This document shows positions 48,810 to 59,554 of a DNA stretch of 64,000 bases, in pieces (position 1 is the stretch's first letter; the number at the start of each line of letters is the position of its first letter). The notes below the pieces were generated by a model. The model did no database searches and was not told the origin of the DNA. It saw only the letters and a program-made list of their open reading frames with translations. A program made the translations under genes and the position numbers. Source of the stretch: an uncultured delta proteobacterium (GTDB lineage Bacteria > Desulfobacterota > Binatia > Binatales > Binataceae); the NCBI GenBank assembly GCA_963796565.1, contig CAWCMA010000007.1, forward strand, positions 487,044 to 551,043, in the 5' to 3' direction.

Positions 48810-50027
48810 ATGACCGCCGCCAATCCGACCGCTGAATCCGCCATCTCTGCATCGCCAACCAAACTTGTCGCCGCGCCGCGCCGCGTCCTGATCATTCTGC
48901 TCGGCGCGATCGGCGACGTGGTGCGCGCGCTGCCGCTGCTCGGCCGCATCCGTCAGGCGTGGCCGGCCGCGCATATCGCGTGGGCGGTCGAGCCCAAGTC
49001 GCAGGCGGTGCTGGAGGGCCATCCCTGGCTCGACGAGCTGATTATCTACAATCGCCGTGTGCCGCTTTCGTTCCTGCCCTTCCTTGCGCGGGTGCGCGCG
49101 GGCCATTTCGATCTCACCCTCGACCTCCAGCGCCATCTCAAGAGCGGGGTAGTTTCGATTGCTTCCGGAGCCCGTGTGCGGGTTGGCTTCGATCGTTCCA
49201 ACGGCAAGGAATTCAATCACCTGTTTTCCGCCCTGCACATCGCGCCGCAGCCGCCGATGCGCCTGAAGCTGATGCAGTACCAGGCCTTCGGCGACGCGCT
49301 CGGGCTTCCGCCGTCGCCGATGGAGTTCGGCCTCGTTGCTTCGGATGCCGAGCGGGCGCGCGTGGCGGCGATGCTCGAGGGTGCGCCGCGGCCGCTGCTG
49401 GCGGTCATCCTGGGCTCGTCATGGCCGAGCCGGGTTTATTTTCCTGACTCGATCGCCGCGGTGATTCGTGAAATGGCGGTGGCGCGCGACGGACGCCCAG
49501 CGCTGTTCCCGGTGTTGATAGGAAACGGCCGCGAGGAAGTAGCGCTGGCCGATCAAGTAGTCGCAAACCTCGCGAGCGCGCCCGCGCTCAACCTGCCGGC
49601 GCTCGACTTTCCCGTACTCAATTTGGCCGGACGCACCGGGTTGCGCGACCTGGTCGCGATTTTCCCCGAATGCGCTGCGGCGTTCGGCCCCGACTCGGGA
49701 CCGATGCACATCGCGGCGGCGGCCGGATGTCCCGTGGTCTCGTTGTGGGGTGCGACCGCACCTGAGCGCTCGGCGCCGTGGGGATTTGCCGACCTGGCGC
49801 TGAGCGGCGCGATTCCGTGCCATCCATGCTACCTGCGCGAGTGCCCGATCGACCGCGAATGCATGCGGCGGATCGCGCCGTCCGAGGTTGCGGCCGCCTT
49901 AGGACGCGCGCTGGCGGCGCCGCGCACCACTCGCACGTTCGCGGAGGCTCCGCATCGTCCGCTGGCGTCGGCTTCCGAAGCGGCCGGCGCAATTCGACCC
50001 GGGCCGCAGGACCAGGAACGTCGATGA
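48810..50027 (+). CDS. Glycosyltransferase family 9 (LPS heptosyltransferase)
   Basis: RVLIILLGAIGDVVRALPLL N-terminal GT9 motif. Confidence 0.8.
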   Translation: MTAANPTAESAISASPTKLVAAPRRVLIILLGAIGDVVRALPLLGRIRQAWPAAHIAWAVEPKSQAVLEGHPWLDELIIYNRRVPLSFLPFLARVRAGHFDLTLDLQRHLKSGVVSIASGARVRVGFDRSNGKEFNHLFSALHIAPQPPMRLKLMQYQAFGDALGLPPSPMEFGLVASDAERARVAAMLEGAPRPLLAVILGSSWPSRVYFPDSIAAVIREMAVARDGRPALFPVLIGNGREEVALADQVVANLASAPALNLPALDFPVLNLAGRTGLRDLVAIFPECAAAFGPDSGPMHIAAAAGCPVVSLWGATAPERSAPWGFADLALSGAIPCHPCYLRECPIDRECMRRIAPSEVAAALGRALAAPRTTRTFAEAPHRPLASASEAAGAIRPGPQDQERR

Positions 50028-50872
50028 CGTTCGGCGCCCAGGCGCGTATCGAGCGCGACGGATGGTCGCTGTTGCTGACGCCCGCGCTGGCGGAGTTTCC
50101 TTCCATGCTCGGCCTGGAACTTATGGAGCGCGCAATCAAAATTGCAAGCGGCGCGGGCGGCAAGCCGTTGCGGCGCTCGCGCCATGCCTCGACCTACCAG
50201 ATCAGGCTCGGCACGCCGCTCTCCGGCGAAACCGAGGTCTTCGTCAAACTGCTCGACGCGCCGCACGGACTCAAGGCGATTCGCTGGCTGGTCATGCGCC
50301 CGCGCGCCGAGCGGCTGCAGGCGATTCTCGACGCGTTGGCCGGGGCGGGCTTTGCGGTGGCGCCGATATTGATGGTCGGTGATGAGCGCGGGACCGGACG
50401 CACGATGATGGTGACCGCGCGCGTGGCGGGCGAGCCGCTACCGCGCTTTTTGCGGGGCGCGGCTGGCATGTTGGGGCGCCGGCGCGAGCTGCTGCGCGCG
50501 CTCGGCGTCGAAATCGCGCGGCTCCATCGCGCGGGCTTTATCCACGGCGACCTCACGCCCTATAACATCTTTGTCGCCAACGGCACGCCGGCGCGTTTCA
50601 GCTTGATCGATCACGAACGCACGGCGCGCCCGCGCCTGAACTGGGAGCGCCGGCGGCTGCGCAACATGGTGCAGCTTTGCCGCTTCGAACTGAAGGGGAT
50701 GAGCCGCACCGACCGGCTTCGAATCGTCGACGCCTACGGACGCGCGATGGGCCGTGCGCCGCGCCGGTTGATTCGGCGGGTCACCGCGATGCTGCGGGCG
50801 CGCCGGCTTCGCGATACTGTGGGCGGTGGGGCGGAATCGGCTGGCGGCGGTTCACGGCGGAGCCCGGTTTGA
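50024..50872 (+). CDS. Lipopolysaccharide kinase family protein (Kdo/WaaP/InaA-like)
   Basis: GFIHGDLTPYNIFV catalytic-loop analogue. ATGA overlap with the GT9 gene. Confidence 0.65.
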   Translation: MTFGAQARIERDGWSLLLTPALAEFPSMLGLELMERAIKIASGAGGKPLRRSRHASTYQIRLGTPLSGETEVFVKLLDAPHGLKAIRWLVMRPRAERLQAILDALAGAGFAVAPILMVGDERGTGRTMMVTARVAGEPLPRFLRGAAGMLGRRRELLRALGVEIARLHRAGFIHGDLTPYNIFVANGTPARFSLIDHERTARPRLNWERRRLRNMVQLCRFELKGMSRTDRLRIVDAYGRAMGRAPRRLIRRVTAMLRARRLRDTVGGGAESAGGGSRRSPV

Positions 50873-50916
50873 GAGTTGAGGCGGAGCAAGAGCGCGGCGA
50901 GAGCGCGGGAAAAGCA

Positions 50917-51609
50917 ATGGACGACGCGGTAAAGCTTTCCGTCGTGATCCCGGTCTATAACGAAGCGGTCACGATCGGCGAGGTCATCCGGCGCGTGCTC
51001 GATTGCGGCTTCGAGACCGAGGTCATCGTGGTCGACGATGCTTCGACGGACAACACCGCCGGGTATCTGAAATCACTGGAGCATCCGCAGGTTCATTGCT
51101 TCTATCACGCGGTCAATCGCGGCAAGGGGGCGGCGCTGCGCACCGGTTTTGCGGCGGCGCGCAATCCCTACGTCATCGTGCAGGACGCGGACCTCGAATA
51201 CGACCCGCGCGACTACCGCCAGTTGCTCGAGGCGCTGATCGATGGCCGCGCGGACATGGTTTACGGCTCACGCTTTCTCGGCGGACCGCATCGCGTGCTT
51301 TTCTTCTGGCACTATGTGGGCAACCGGATGCTGACGCTCGTTGCCGACATGATGTGCAATCTCAACTTGACTGACATGGAGACCGGGATGAAGGCGTTTC
51401 GGCGCGACAAGCTGACAGCGCTCAAGCTCAGCGCCAACCGTTTCACCTTCGAACCCGAGATAACCGCCAAAGCGGCGCGCGCCGGATGGCGTATCTACGA
51501 GGTGCCGATCTCGTACTCGGGACGCACCTACGATGAGGGCAAGAAGGCGCGCTGGCGCGATGCGATCGCCGCGGTCGCGGCGATCTTCTATTACCGGCTT
51601 GCCGACTGA
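50917..51609 (+). CDS. Glycosyltransferase family 2
   Basis: LSVVIPVYNE...VVDDASTDNT...QDADL motifs. Confidence 0.85.
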   Translation: MDDAVKLSVVIPVYNEAVTIGEVIRRVLDCGFETEVIVVDDASTDNTAGYLKSLEHPQVHCFYHAVNRGKGAALRTGFAAARNPYVIVQDADLEYDPRDYRQLLEALIDGRADMVYGSRFLGGPHRVLFFWHYVGNRMLTLVADMMCNLNLTDMETGMKAFRRDKLTALKLSANRFTFEPEITAKAARAGWRIYEVPISYSGRTYDEGKKARWRDAIAAVAAIFYYRLAD

Positions 51610-51612
51610 GCG

Positions 51613-52884
51613 ATGGTTTCTTCGCCTCCGGCCGAAGCTGCCGCATCGCCGCCGGCGGGAGCGCCGCTCAGCGTCGCCGGTGTCGATCCGGAGCGCAATT
51701 TCGCCGGCGGCGAGACCCAGGTGCTTGGACTCACGCTGCAGCTCCGCGCGATGGGCCATCGCGCGGACCTGCTGTGCGATCCGGCGGGCGAACTGTGGCG
51801 GCGCGCACACGCGGCCGGCGTGGTCTGCTATCCGATGGCCATCCGCAACGCGCTCGACCTGAGGGCCGCGGCGGCGCTAAGACGCCGACTCCGCGACGGG
51901 CGCTACGACGTGGTGCATTTCCATACTTCGCGCGCGCATGCGATGGCGCCGTGGGTGCGCGGCCTCACGCGCGCGGCGGTGGTGACACGCCGGATGGACT
52001 ACGTGCCCAACTGGCTATTCGCGCGATTGTTGTATGGCCGCGCGGTCGACGGCGTCGCGGCAATCTCGACCAGCGTCGCCGACGCGCTCGTGCGCGCCGG
52101 GGTCGCGCGCGAGCGTATCACGCTGATCCCGAGCGGCGTCGACTGCGCGCATTTTCGTCCGCCTTCGGCGGACGAACGCGCGCAGGCACGCGCCGCGCTG
52201 GGCCTCGGCGACGCCGACCTCGCCGTCGGCGCGGTCGGCGCGCTGGAGCCGCGCAAGGGCCATCGCTACCTGGTGGAAGCGATGGCCCTGCTAAGGCGGC
52301 GCGACGCCGCTGGAGGGGGCGAGTTGCGCGACGTCGTCGCGCAACTCGCCCCCTCCAGCGGGGCTGTCGCGATTATCGCCGGCGACGGGTCGCTCCGCGA
52401 CGCGCTCGCGGCGGACATTCGGCGTTTTGGGCTGGGCGATGCGGGCGGCGGCCAGGTCCGGCTAGCCGACAGAGTCCGGCTAGTCGGCCGAGTCGATGAC
52501 GCGCGGTCAATCTTATGGGCGCTCGACATTTTCGTGATGCCTTCGCTCAGCGAAGGGCTCGGCGTCGCGCTGCTTGAAGCGATGGCGTGCGGACTTCCTT
52601 GCGTGGCGTCGCGTATCGGCGGCATCGTCGACGCCGTGGACGAGGGGCGTAGCGGGATTCTGGTCGCGCCGGGGGATGCGCACGCGCTGGCGGGTGCATT
52701 GGCGGATTTGTACGCGCAGGCGCAGACGCGGATCGCGATGGGAGCCGCGGCGCGGAATTTGGCGGTCGAGCGCTTCTCGATGGCTGCGATGGCGTGGCGG
52801 ACGGTTGAGCTTTATCGGGCTTGTCTTCAGACTGGGGCAGCGCCGAAAGCCGCGGAGGTATCGGCGAAAGCGGTGGAGGGATGA
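51613..52884 (+). CDS. Glycosyltransferase family 4 (GT1 group)
   Basis: C-terminal EGLGVALLEAMACGLPCVASRIGG motif. Confidence 0.8.
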   Translation: MVSSPPAEAAASPPAGAPLSVAGVDPERNFAGGETQVLGLTLQLRAMGHRADLLCDPAGELWRRAHAAGVVCYPMAIRNALDLRAAAALRRRLRDGRYDVVHFHTSRAHAMAPWVRGLTRAAVVTRRMDYVPNWLFARLLYGRAVDGVAAISTSVADALVRAGVARERITLIPSGVDCAHFRPPSADERAQARAALGLGDADLAVGAVGALEPRKGHRYLVEAMALLRRRDAAGGGELRDVVAQLAPSSGAVAIIAGDGSLRDALAADIRRFGLGDAGGGQVRLADRVRLVGRVDDARSILWALDIFVMPSLSEGLGVALLEAMACGLPCVASRIGGIVDAVDEGRSGILVAPGDAHALAGALADLYAQAQTRIAMGAAARNLAVERFSMAAMAWRTVELYRACLQTGAAPKAAEVSAKAVEG

Positions 52885-52900
52885 AAGCCAAATGCGCAGT

Positions 52901-53767
52901 ATGACCGGCTTTGGACGGGCGGAGATCGAACGCGGAAAAGTTCGCGTCGCGGCGGAGGTGCGCACGCTCAATCAGCGGTTCTTCGAGCTCAAGTTGAATC
53001 TGCCGCGCACTTGGGGCGAGCACGAGGCCGAAATCCGCAAGCTGGTCCAGGGCGTTATTGCGCGCGGCCGCGTCGAGCTTTTCGTCCGATGTACGCCGCT
53101 TGGCCCACCGCCCACCACCCTCCGCGTCAACGACCGGCTGGCGGCGCTGTACGTCAAGGAGCTTGGCCGGCTTGGGCGTAGCCTCGGCCTTTCCGGCAAA
53201 CCGGAGATCGAGGTCCTGCTGCATCGCCCGGAGATTTTCCAGGTCAGCGAAGAGGAGACCGATTCGCGCCCCGGCGTGCAACTCGCTTTCACCGCGATAG
53301 CGCGCGCGCTCAAAGCGCTCGAGACCGACCGCAAGCGAGAGGGCAAGGCGCTGCGCGCCGACTTTATCCATCGAATCAACACCATCACCGAAGCAGTGCC
53401 AAAGATCGAACGGCTGGCGGAGGCCTCACGCACCGAAATTGTGGCGAATTTCCAGACGCGGTTGCGCGACCTTATCGCCGACCTGGCGGTCAACGAGAAG
53501 CGGCTGTTCGAGGAGGCCTCCGACGCCGCCCAGCGCGCCGACATCACCGAGGAAGTGACTCGCCTGCGGACCCATCTTCAGGGGCTGCGCCAATTGGTGG
53601 AAAGCGAGGGGACGGTGGGCAAGCAGATCGAATTCCTGCTGCAAGAGGTCAACCGCGAAATCAACACGATGGGCTCGAAGTCGCAGAGCGCGGCGCTCTC
53701 GCGCATCACCGTGGGGCTCAAGGGCGAAGTCGAAAAGATGCGCGAGCAGGTGCAGAACGTCGAATAG
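52901..53767 (+). CDS. yicC: YicC-family stress-induced protein
   Basis: MRSMTGFGRAE N-terminus and the C-terminal DUF1732 region. Confidence 0.85.
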   Translation: MTGFGRAEIERGKVRVAAEVRTLNQRFFELKLNLPRTWGEHEAEIRKLVQGVIARGRVELFVRCTPLGPPPTTLRVNDRLAALYVKELGRLGRSLGLSGKPEIEVLLHRPEIFQVSEEETDSRPGVQLAFTAIARALKALETDRKREGKALRADFIHRINTITEAVPKIERLAEASRTEIVANFQTRLRDLIADLAVNEKRLFEEASDAAQRADITEEVTRLRTHLQGLRQLVESEGTVGKQIEFLLQEVNREINTMGSKSQSAALSRITVGLKGEVEKMREQVQNVE

Positions 53768-53774
53768 GGCGCGA

Positions 53775-53810
53775 AAACCCTTTATTGCAAAGGGCTTGCG
53801 GCTTTTATAG
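53775..53810 (+). terminator. Rho-independent terminator (CCCTTTATTGCAAAGGG + T-rich)
   Basis: Seen directly after the yicC stop. Confidence 0.55.
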
Positions 53811-53818
53811 GCTTGGTT

Positions 53819-54442
53819 ATGGAGCATTCTGGGGCGCCTCGCCGCGGGATAATTTTCATCCTCTCGGCCCCGTCGGGGGCCGGTAAGACCACTATCTCGC
53901 GCGCGGCGCTCAAGGCGATCGGCGGCGTGGGGGCATCCGTGTCGCTGACCACACGAAGGCCACGCAACGGCGAGGTCGAAGGATTGGATTATCTTTTCGT
54001 GGACGAGGAGGAATTCATACGGCGTCGCGAGGCTGGCGAACTGGCTGAATGGGCCCGGGTCTTCGAGGCCTCCTACGGCACGCCCCGTGCGGCGCTGGAC
54101 CGTGTAATCGCCGCGGGACACGACATCCTGCTCGACATCGACATCCAGGGCGCACGCCAGATCAAGGCCAGCTATCCGCAGGACGCGGTCACGATTTTTG
54201 TCCTCCCGCCGAGCTTCGCCGAGCTTGAGGGGCGGCTGCGTAAGCGCGCCACCGAAAATGAGGCCGCGATCGCCGAGCGGCTGCGGCGCGCCAGGGAGGA
54301 AGCGCAAGCTTATCCCGAGTACGACTACCTGATAATCAACGCCGACATCGAAGATTCACTGGTTCGTCTAAGGGCCGTGGTGGAGGCGGAGCGGCTGAAA
54401 GTGGGACGGCTGCGCGAGGATTTCGCGGCGTGGAAGAACTAG
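53819..54442 (+). CDS. gmk: Guanylate kinase
   Basis: P-loop SAPSGAGKTT and the GMP-binding region. Confidence 0.9.
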   Translation: MEHSGAPRRGIIFILSAPSGAGKTTISRAALKAIGGVGASVSLTTRRPRNGEVEGLDYLFVDEEEFIRRREAGELAEWARVFEASYGTPRAALDRVIAAGHDILLDIDIQGARQIKASYPQDAVTIFVLPPSFAELEGRLRKRATENEAAIAERLRRAREEAQAYPEYDYLIINADIEDSLVRLRAVVEAERLKVGRLREDFAAWKN

Positions 54443-56658
54443 CCGTCGCCGCCAGCGAGCCCGCGGAACTCGAACACCTCCTGCGGCGGATCGAGGCGTA
54501 CAATCCGCAGGCCGACACCCAGTTAATCCGCCGCGCGTACGAATACTCGGCGCGCATGCACGCCGAGCAGAGGCGCGAATCGGGCGAGCCCTACGTCACC
54601 CATCCGCTCAACGTCGCGCTTATCATCGCCCAGCTCAAACTCGACCTGCCTTCGATCATAACCGGCCTGCTGCACGACGTGGTCGAGGACACGATGGCCT
54701 CGCTCGACGAGGTGCGCGAGCTCTTCGGCAGCGAAGTCGCCACCCTGGTCGACGGCGTCACCAAGGTTTCCAAGATCACCTTTTCCAGCCGCGCCGAGAA
54801 GCAGGCCGAGAATTTCCGCAAGATGGTGATCGCGATGGCGCACGACATCCGGGTCGTGCTCATCAAGCTCGCCGACCGCCTGCACAACATGCGCACGCTC
54901 TCGCATCTGGCGCGCGACCGCCAGGAGGAGATCGCGCACGAGACGCTCGAAATCTACGCGCCGATCGCGCATCGGCTCGGCATCTACTGGCTCAGGTCGG
55001 AGCTGGAAGACGCGGCCTTCCGCTACATCAACCCAACCGCTTACAACACGCTCAAGGCGCACGTCGCGCGCACGATGGCCGAGAGCGAGGAGTATATCGG
55101 CGCGGTAATCGGGATCATCGCGCAGCGCCTGGAAGAGGCCGGCGTCAAGGCCGAGGTCACCGGGCGTCCCAAGAATATCTATTCGATCCATCGCAAGATG
55201 GAGGAGGAAGGGCTGCACTTCGACCAGGTATATGACCTGATCGCGTTCCGCATCATCGTCGCCACGGTGCGCGAGTGCTACGAGGCGCTGGGCGTGGCTC
55301 ACGCCAGTTGGAAGCCGATTCCGGGCCGCTTCAAGGACTACATCGCGCTGCCCAAGGTCAACATGTACCAGTCGCTGCATACCACGGTGATTGGTCCGCG
55401 GGGGCAGCGGGTGGAGGTGCAGATCCGGACCGCCGAGATGCATAAGGTGGCCGAGGAGGGAATCGCCGCGCACTGGACCTATAAGGAGGGCGGCACTAGC
55501 GCGCTGCGCGAGACCGAGCGCTTCGCCTGGCTGCGCCGCCTCATCGAGTGGCAGCAGAACCTCAAGGATCCGCAGGAGTTTCTCTCCACCGTCAAGGACG
55601 ACCTCTTCCCGGAAGAGGTCTTCGTTTTTACGCCCAAGGGCGACGTGCTCGACTTTCCGCAGGGCGCGACCGTGATCGACTTCGCCTACCGCATCCACTC
55701 CCAGGTCGGCCAGCACCTGAGCGCCGCGCGCGCCAACGGCAGGATGGTGCCGCTGCGCTACCGCTTAAAGTCCGGCGACATGATCGAAGCCGTCACCTCG
55801 GAGCGCCAGAGCCCGGGCAAGGACTGGATGAGCTTCGCCGTCACCGCGCGCGCCAAAAGCCGCATCCGCCAATGGCTGCGCGCGCAACAGGCCGAGCGCT
55901 CGATCAAGTGGGGCATCAGCCTCATCGACCGCGAGCTGGAGCCGCTTGGGCTGTCGGTCGCGCAACTGCGCCCCGGCAAGCGTTTCGAGCCCGTGCTCAA
56001 GGAGTTCTCCTACCGGGACATCGACAGTCTGCTGGCCGCGGTCGGCTACGGCATCATCACCGCGGCCCAGTTGCTGGCCAAGCTGTTGAGCCCGGACGAA
56101 CTCAAACTCTACCGCGCCGAGAAGGCGCCTGCGCCGCCGACCCCGTCCGACAACGGGCGCGCGGTGCGCGATACGCGCCGGCCATCGACCGGTAACGCGG
56201 TCATCGTCTCGGGCGTGGGCGACATGCTGGTGCGCTTTGCGCGATGCTGCAGTCCGCTGCCCGGCGAAGACATCATCGGCTTCATCACGCGCGGCCGCGG
56301 CGTCACGGTTCATCTAAAGGGATGCCCCCACGCGATGGTGAGCGATCCGCAGCGCCGCGTGCCGGTGGTGTGGAAGGACGGTGAGGACACCCCGCGGCCG
56401 ATCCGGCTCGAAGTGATAAGCATCGACCAGCCGGGACTGCTGGCCGCGATGTCCAAGACCATCTTCTCGGCCGGGGTCAATATCTCGACCGCCGAGGTCA
56501 AGTCCACCGGCAACGACGGACGAGCGCTATCGGTGTTCGAGCTGAGCGTCGGCAGCGCGCGCCAGCTCAACGGTCTGATCCATCAGATCGCGGCGATCGA
56601 CGGCGTGATGCGGGTCGCGCGGGTTGGGATGGGCAGCAGCAACGGCCATCGCGTCTAA
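54430..56658 (+). CDS. Bifunctional (p)ppGpp synthetase/hydrolase (RelA/SpoT homologue)
   Basis: HD domain (HD at LLHDVVEDT), synthetase domain, TGS and ACT domains. Confidence 0.93.
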   Translation: MEELAVAASEPAELEHLLRRIEAYNPQADTQLIRRAYEYSARMHAEQRRESGEPYVTHPLNVALIIAQLKLDLPSIITGLLHDVVEDTMASLDEVRELFGSEVATLVDGVTKVSKITFSSRAEKQAENFRKMVIAMAHDIRVVLIKLADRLHNMRTLSHLARDRQEEIAHETLEIYAPIAHRLGIYWLRSELEDAAFRYINPTAYNTLKAHVARTMAESEEYIGAVIGIIAQRLEEAGVKAEVTGRPKNIYSIHRKMEEEGLHFDQVYDLIAFRIIVATVRECYEALGVAHASWKPIPGRFKDYIALPKVNMYQSLHTTVIGPRGQRVEVQIRTAEMHKVAEEGIAAHWTYKEGGTSALRETERFAWLRRLIEWQQNLKDPQEFLSTVKDDLFPEEVFVFTPKGDVLDFPQGATVIDFAYRIHSQVGQHLSAARANGRMVPLRYRLKSGDMIEAVTSERQSPGKDWMSFAVTARAKSRIRQWLRAQQAERSIKWGISLIDRELEPLGLSVAQLRPGKRFEPVLKEFSYRDIDSLLAAVGYGIITAAQLLAKLLSPDELKLYRAEKAPAPPTPSDNGRAVRDTRRPSTGNAVIVSGVGDMLVRFARCCSPLPGEDIIGFITRGRGVTVHLKGCPHAMVSDPQRRVPVVWKDGEDTPRPIRLEVISIDQPGLLAAMSKTIFSAGVNISTAEVKSTGNDGRALSVFELSVGSARQLNGLIHQIAAIDGVMRVARVGMGSSNGHRV

Positions 56659-56702
56659 GGCGGCTCTTTTTTTCGCGCCCGCCTCTTCATCTGGAGTCAT
56701 CG

Positions 56703-57086
56703 ATGAGACAAGAAATTTCGACGCGCTCGGCGCCGGCGGCGATCGGCCCCTATTCGCAAGCGATTGCAGACGGTGATTGGGTTTTCTGCTCGGGGCAGAT
56801 TGGGATCGACTCGGGCAGCGGCCGCCTGGTGGAGGGCGGGATCGAGCATGAGACTCGTTGCGTGATGGAGAACCTGCGCGAGGTTTTGAGCGCCGCGGGT
56901 CTCCATCTCGGCGATATCGTAAAGACTACCATCTATGTGGTCGATCTCGGCGATTTCGACATCGTCAACCGCATCTACGGCGAGCATCTGAACACGCCCT
57001 ATCCGGCGCGCGCGACGGTGCAGGTGGCGGCGCTGCCGCGCGGAGCGCGGATCGAGATCGACGCAATCGCTCGCAAGCGCTCATAG
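56703..57086 (+). CDS. ridA: RidA/YjgF-family reactive-intermediate deaminase
   Basis: APAAIGPYSQA and the YjgF fold. Confidence 0.88.
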   Translation: MRQEISTRSAPAAIGPYSQAIADGDWVFCSGQIGIDSGSGRLVEGGIEHETRCVMENLREVLSAAGLHLGDIVKTTIYVVDLGDFDIVNRIYGEHLNTPYPARATVQVAALPRGARIEIDAIARKRS

Positions 57087-57272
57087 AGCGGTCGCGCGCG
57101 ATCCGCGGAATCCCGGGCGGCTGGCCGCCAGGCCGGTATCCCCGAGCACGCGAGACTCCGCACTTTGGTGTAACCATCCAGGCGGACTTTCGTCTATGGA
57201 AAAGCACACATCGGCAAATGACATTGTCGAACAGGGCCGTGGCCGAGGAGCGCCGACCGGGGGCTGGCTTCG

Positions 57273-58226
57273 ATGGGTACGATACGCGTCGCTCGTTACA
57301 TTGGATCGATCGCGACCGTGGCGGTTTTGCTTTCGGCCTGCGCGACCGCGAAGCCGCCCGAGGCCGCTCCCGCGCCGGCGGCACAGAGGGCACCCCGCTC
57401 AGCCGAGCATATCTACGTCACAGAGGACACGCTCGATACCGCATGCTACCAGGAGGTTGGAGAAGTCAGCTTTGTGGAGCCTTTCTCGGCGGCGGCCACG
57501 GACCCTGAGAACCTCGGCATCGCGGACGAGCTCAGAAAAGCCGCGGTCAAAAAATACCCGAACCGGGTCGACGCGATAATCAACGTGCATACGGAGGACC
57601 ATGACATCGGTAGCGAGGTCCTCGTCAGCGGCGAGGCGGTCCATCTCGAGCCGCCGAGCAAGCTCGAGTGCCAGACGCCGGACAAGTTGGTGGCTGAGGT
57701 CGTCAATTTTACTACCGGCTCCAGAGTGCTCGGCGCTGGCCGCGGAGCCACTCCCGGCTCGGGCTATAACGGACCGGCGGGCACGACCAACACGGCCGCC
57801 GACGCGGAAGGGGCCGCCGGCGACGATCCGGAAAGAAATATAAGAGAGAAGCTTCGCCGCGCCATGGTCGCCACGTTGCCTGGTCAGACGCAGGTGAATG
57901 AGTCGGCGCTCGCCGACCAGGCCGAGTTACAGCAGGCGGAAATCAAACGTTTGCGAAAGGAGATCGATCGGATGGTCGGCCAGCAATGCGAAGCGCGGGA
58001 TATTTCAGCCACCGAGTGCGCTTCGATGCGGAAGAACGCCGAGTTCCAGCAACCGCATGAAGGGGCTGTGGTCGCAAACAATGCAGGCGGCAAGGGCACC
58101 CCGAGCGTCTTCGAAATTCAAAATATGATTCAGGCACAGCAGGAGCTGATCACCAAGCTTCGAAAAGAGGTCGCGGATATTAACGAAACGCTTGACGAAG
58201 CAGCCCGTCCCAAACCCTCGAACTGA
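57273..58226 (+). CDS. Lipoprotein with N-terminal globular domain and C-terminal coiled-coil, hypothetical
   Basis: Signal/lipobox VAVLLSAC, followed by C-terminal heptad-like repeats. Confidence 0.55.
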   Translation: MGTIRVARYIGSIATVAVLLSACATAKPPEAAPAPAAQRAPRSAEHIYVTEDTLDTACYQEVGEVSFVEPFSAAATDPENLGIADELRKAAVKKYPNRVDAIINVHTEDHDIGSEVLVSGEAVHLEPPSKLECQTPDKLVAEVVNFTTGSRVLGAGRGATPGSGYNGPAGTTNTAADAEGAAGDDPERNIREKLRRAMVATLPGQTQVNESALADQAELQQAEIKRLRKEIDRMVGQQCEARDISATECASMRKNAEFQQPHEGAVVANNAGGKGTPSVFEIQNMIQAQQELITKLRKEVADINETLDEAARPKPSN

Positions 58227-58238
58227 CTCGGCCGGGCT

Positions 58239-58673
58239 TCATGCGGTGCGGCGCCGCGTGAGTTCGCCTCCGCAGTTCGGACAGACATGATTGTATCCCG
58301 CCCCGCACTCGGAACAGAAAGTGCACTGGAAGGCGCAGTTCATGGCGTCGGCCTCGAGCGCCAACGGGGTATGGCATTTTTCGCACTCGCCCTTGGGCGT
58401 GCTCATCAGGCGCAGCAGCTTGGCATTGGCTTCCTCACGCTCGGCGGCGGCCAGCAGCGCCTCGCGCGCCTTGAGATTGCGCTCGGCGTCGGCCCAGGCG
58501 CGATAGATTGAAGCTCCGCCATGTTCGAGGCGCGCGAGCAGCGCCATTTGGTCCAGACGCTCGCGGCCCTCGAACAACGACGCCATCACCTGTTCGGGCG
58601 GTATGCTCTTTTTTTCTTTCATCGGCACCACCTCCTGCGTTGCCTTACGCTCCGGAGCGAGTTCGAGCAACAT
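58239..58673 (-). CDS. Hypothetical protein with a C-terminal multi-Cys zinc-ribbon (start possibly 58622)
   Basis: CEKCH...CAFQCTFCSECG...CPNCGGEL. Confidence 0.5.
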   Translation of the reverse strand: MLLELAPERKATQEVVPMKEKKSIPPEQVMASLFEGRERLDQMALLARLEHGGASIYRAWADAERNLKAREALLAAAEREEANAKLLRLMSTPKGECEKCHTPLALEADAMNCAFQCTFCSECGAGYNHVCPNCGGELTRRRTA

Positions 58674-59426
58674 TCAGGCGAAATTCAGAATAGACAATGA
58701 TGCAGGGTCGACGAAACGTCCGCGCGGATCGAGTTTGCGCGCCGATCGCACCAGGCGCGCCGCGATCCGCCGGCGAGCCGGGCCGCTCACGGAGTGGCCG
58801 TGGAGCCGCGCCTTGTCGAGGTCCAGGATGATGACGGCGAAGCTCTCGCCGTGCGGGGTCACGAAGAGATTTTCGAGGTTGAGGTCGGGATGGTGCAGGC
58901 CCTCCCGGAGCATCGTCTCGATCGCCTCACGCGCGCGCTCGAGCACATGTGCGCGCACGCTGGCATCGTCGTCGGTGCGCAGAAACTCCCATAGTGTCAT
59001 GCCGGCCGCGGCGCGCGTGATGAAAAAGCCGCGATAGAGTCCCGGTGCGATCCATCGCACTGCCGCGCCCATCGGCTCGGCCAGCGGCACGCCGCGCCGC
59101 GCGGCCTCGGCGCTTACCCAAAGCTCGCTGAGCGGCCGCGGACGGAGCCCAAAATAGAGATCGTCGAGCAACAAACGCATCATGCCGCCGCGCCGGGAAC
59201 GGCGCACGAACAGCTCCGGACCGCCGGGTAGCGCGAGCCTGAAACCACCGCCGCGATTGCCGGTGCCGGTGGAACTCGCAGCGCCAAGCTCTTCGAGCGC
59301 CGTCGCGAGCGCAGCCGCATGCGGCGCCAGGTCGGTGCGGAGGTAAAGCTGGTAGGGGCCGGCGGAGATTCGGGAGAACTCGCGCGGGACGCCAGCGCGT
59401 GAAGGAGGATGTTTGGCGATACTCAT
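58674..59426 (-). CDS. Kdo kinase-like (KdkA/LPS kinase family)
   Basis: LHHPDLNLENLFV motif. Located downstream of waaA-lpxK. Confidence 0.6.
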   Translation of the reverse strand: MSIAKHPPSRAGVPREFSRISAGPYQLYLRTDLAPHAAALATALEELGAASSTGTGNRGGGFRLALPGGPELFVRRSRRGGMMRLLLDDLYFGLRPRPLSELWVSAEAARRGVPLAEPMGAAVRWIAPGLYRGFFITRAAAGMTLWEFLRTDDDASVRAHVLERAREAIETMLREGLHHPDLNLENLFVTPHGESFAVIILDLDKARLHGHSVSGPARRRIAARLVRSARKLDPRGRFVDPASLSILNFA

Positions 59427-59554
59427 CGCACGGCCGCTGCGGGTTTGTGGCTGACGTATCGTGCGGCACGCACCGCGCGGATGCGCGCGGTCGTCCGCGG
59501 CTGTTTCACTGTCTCACTTTTTCAATGTTTTTAGCGCTTGATCACCCGGCAGCC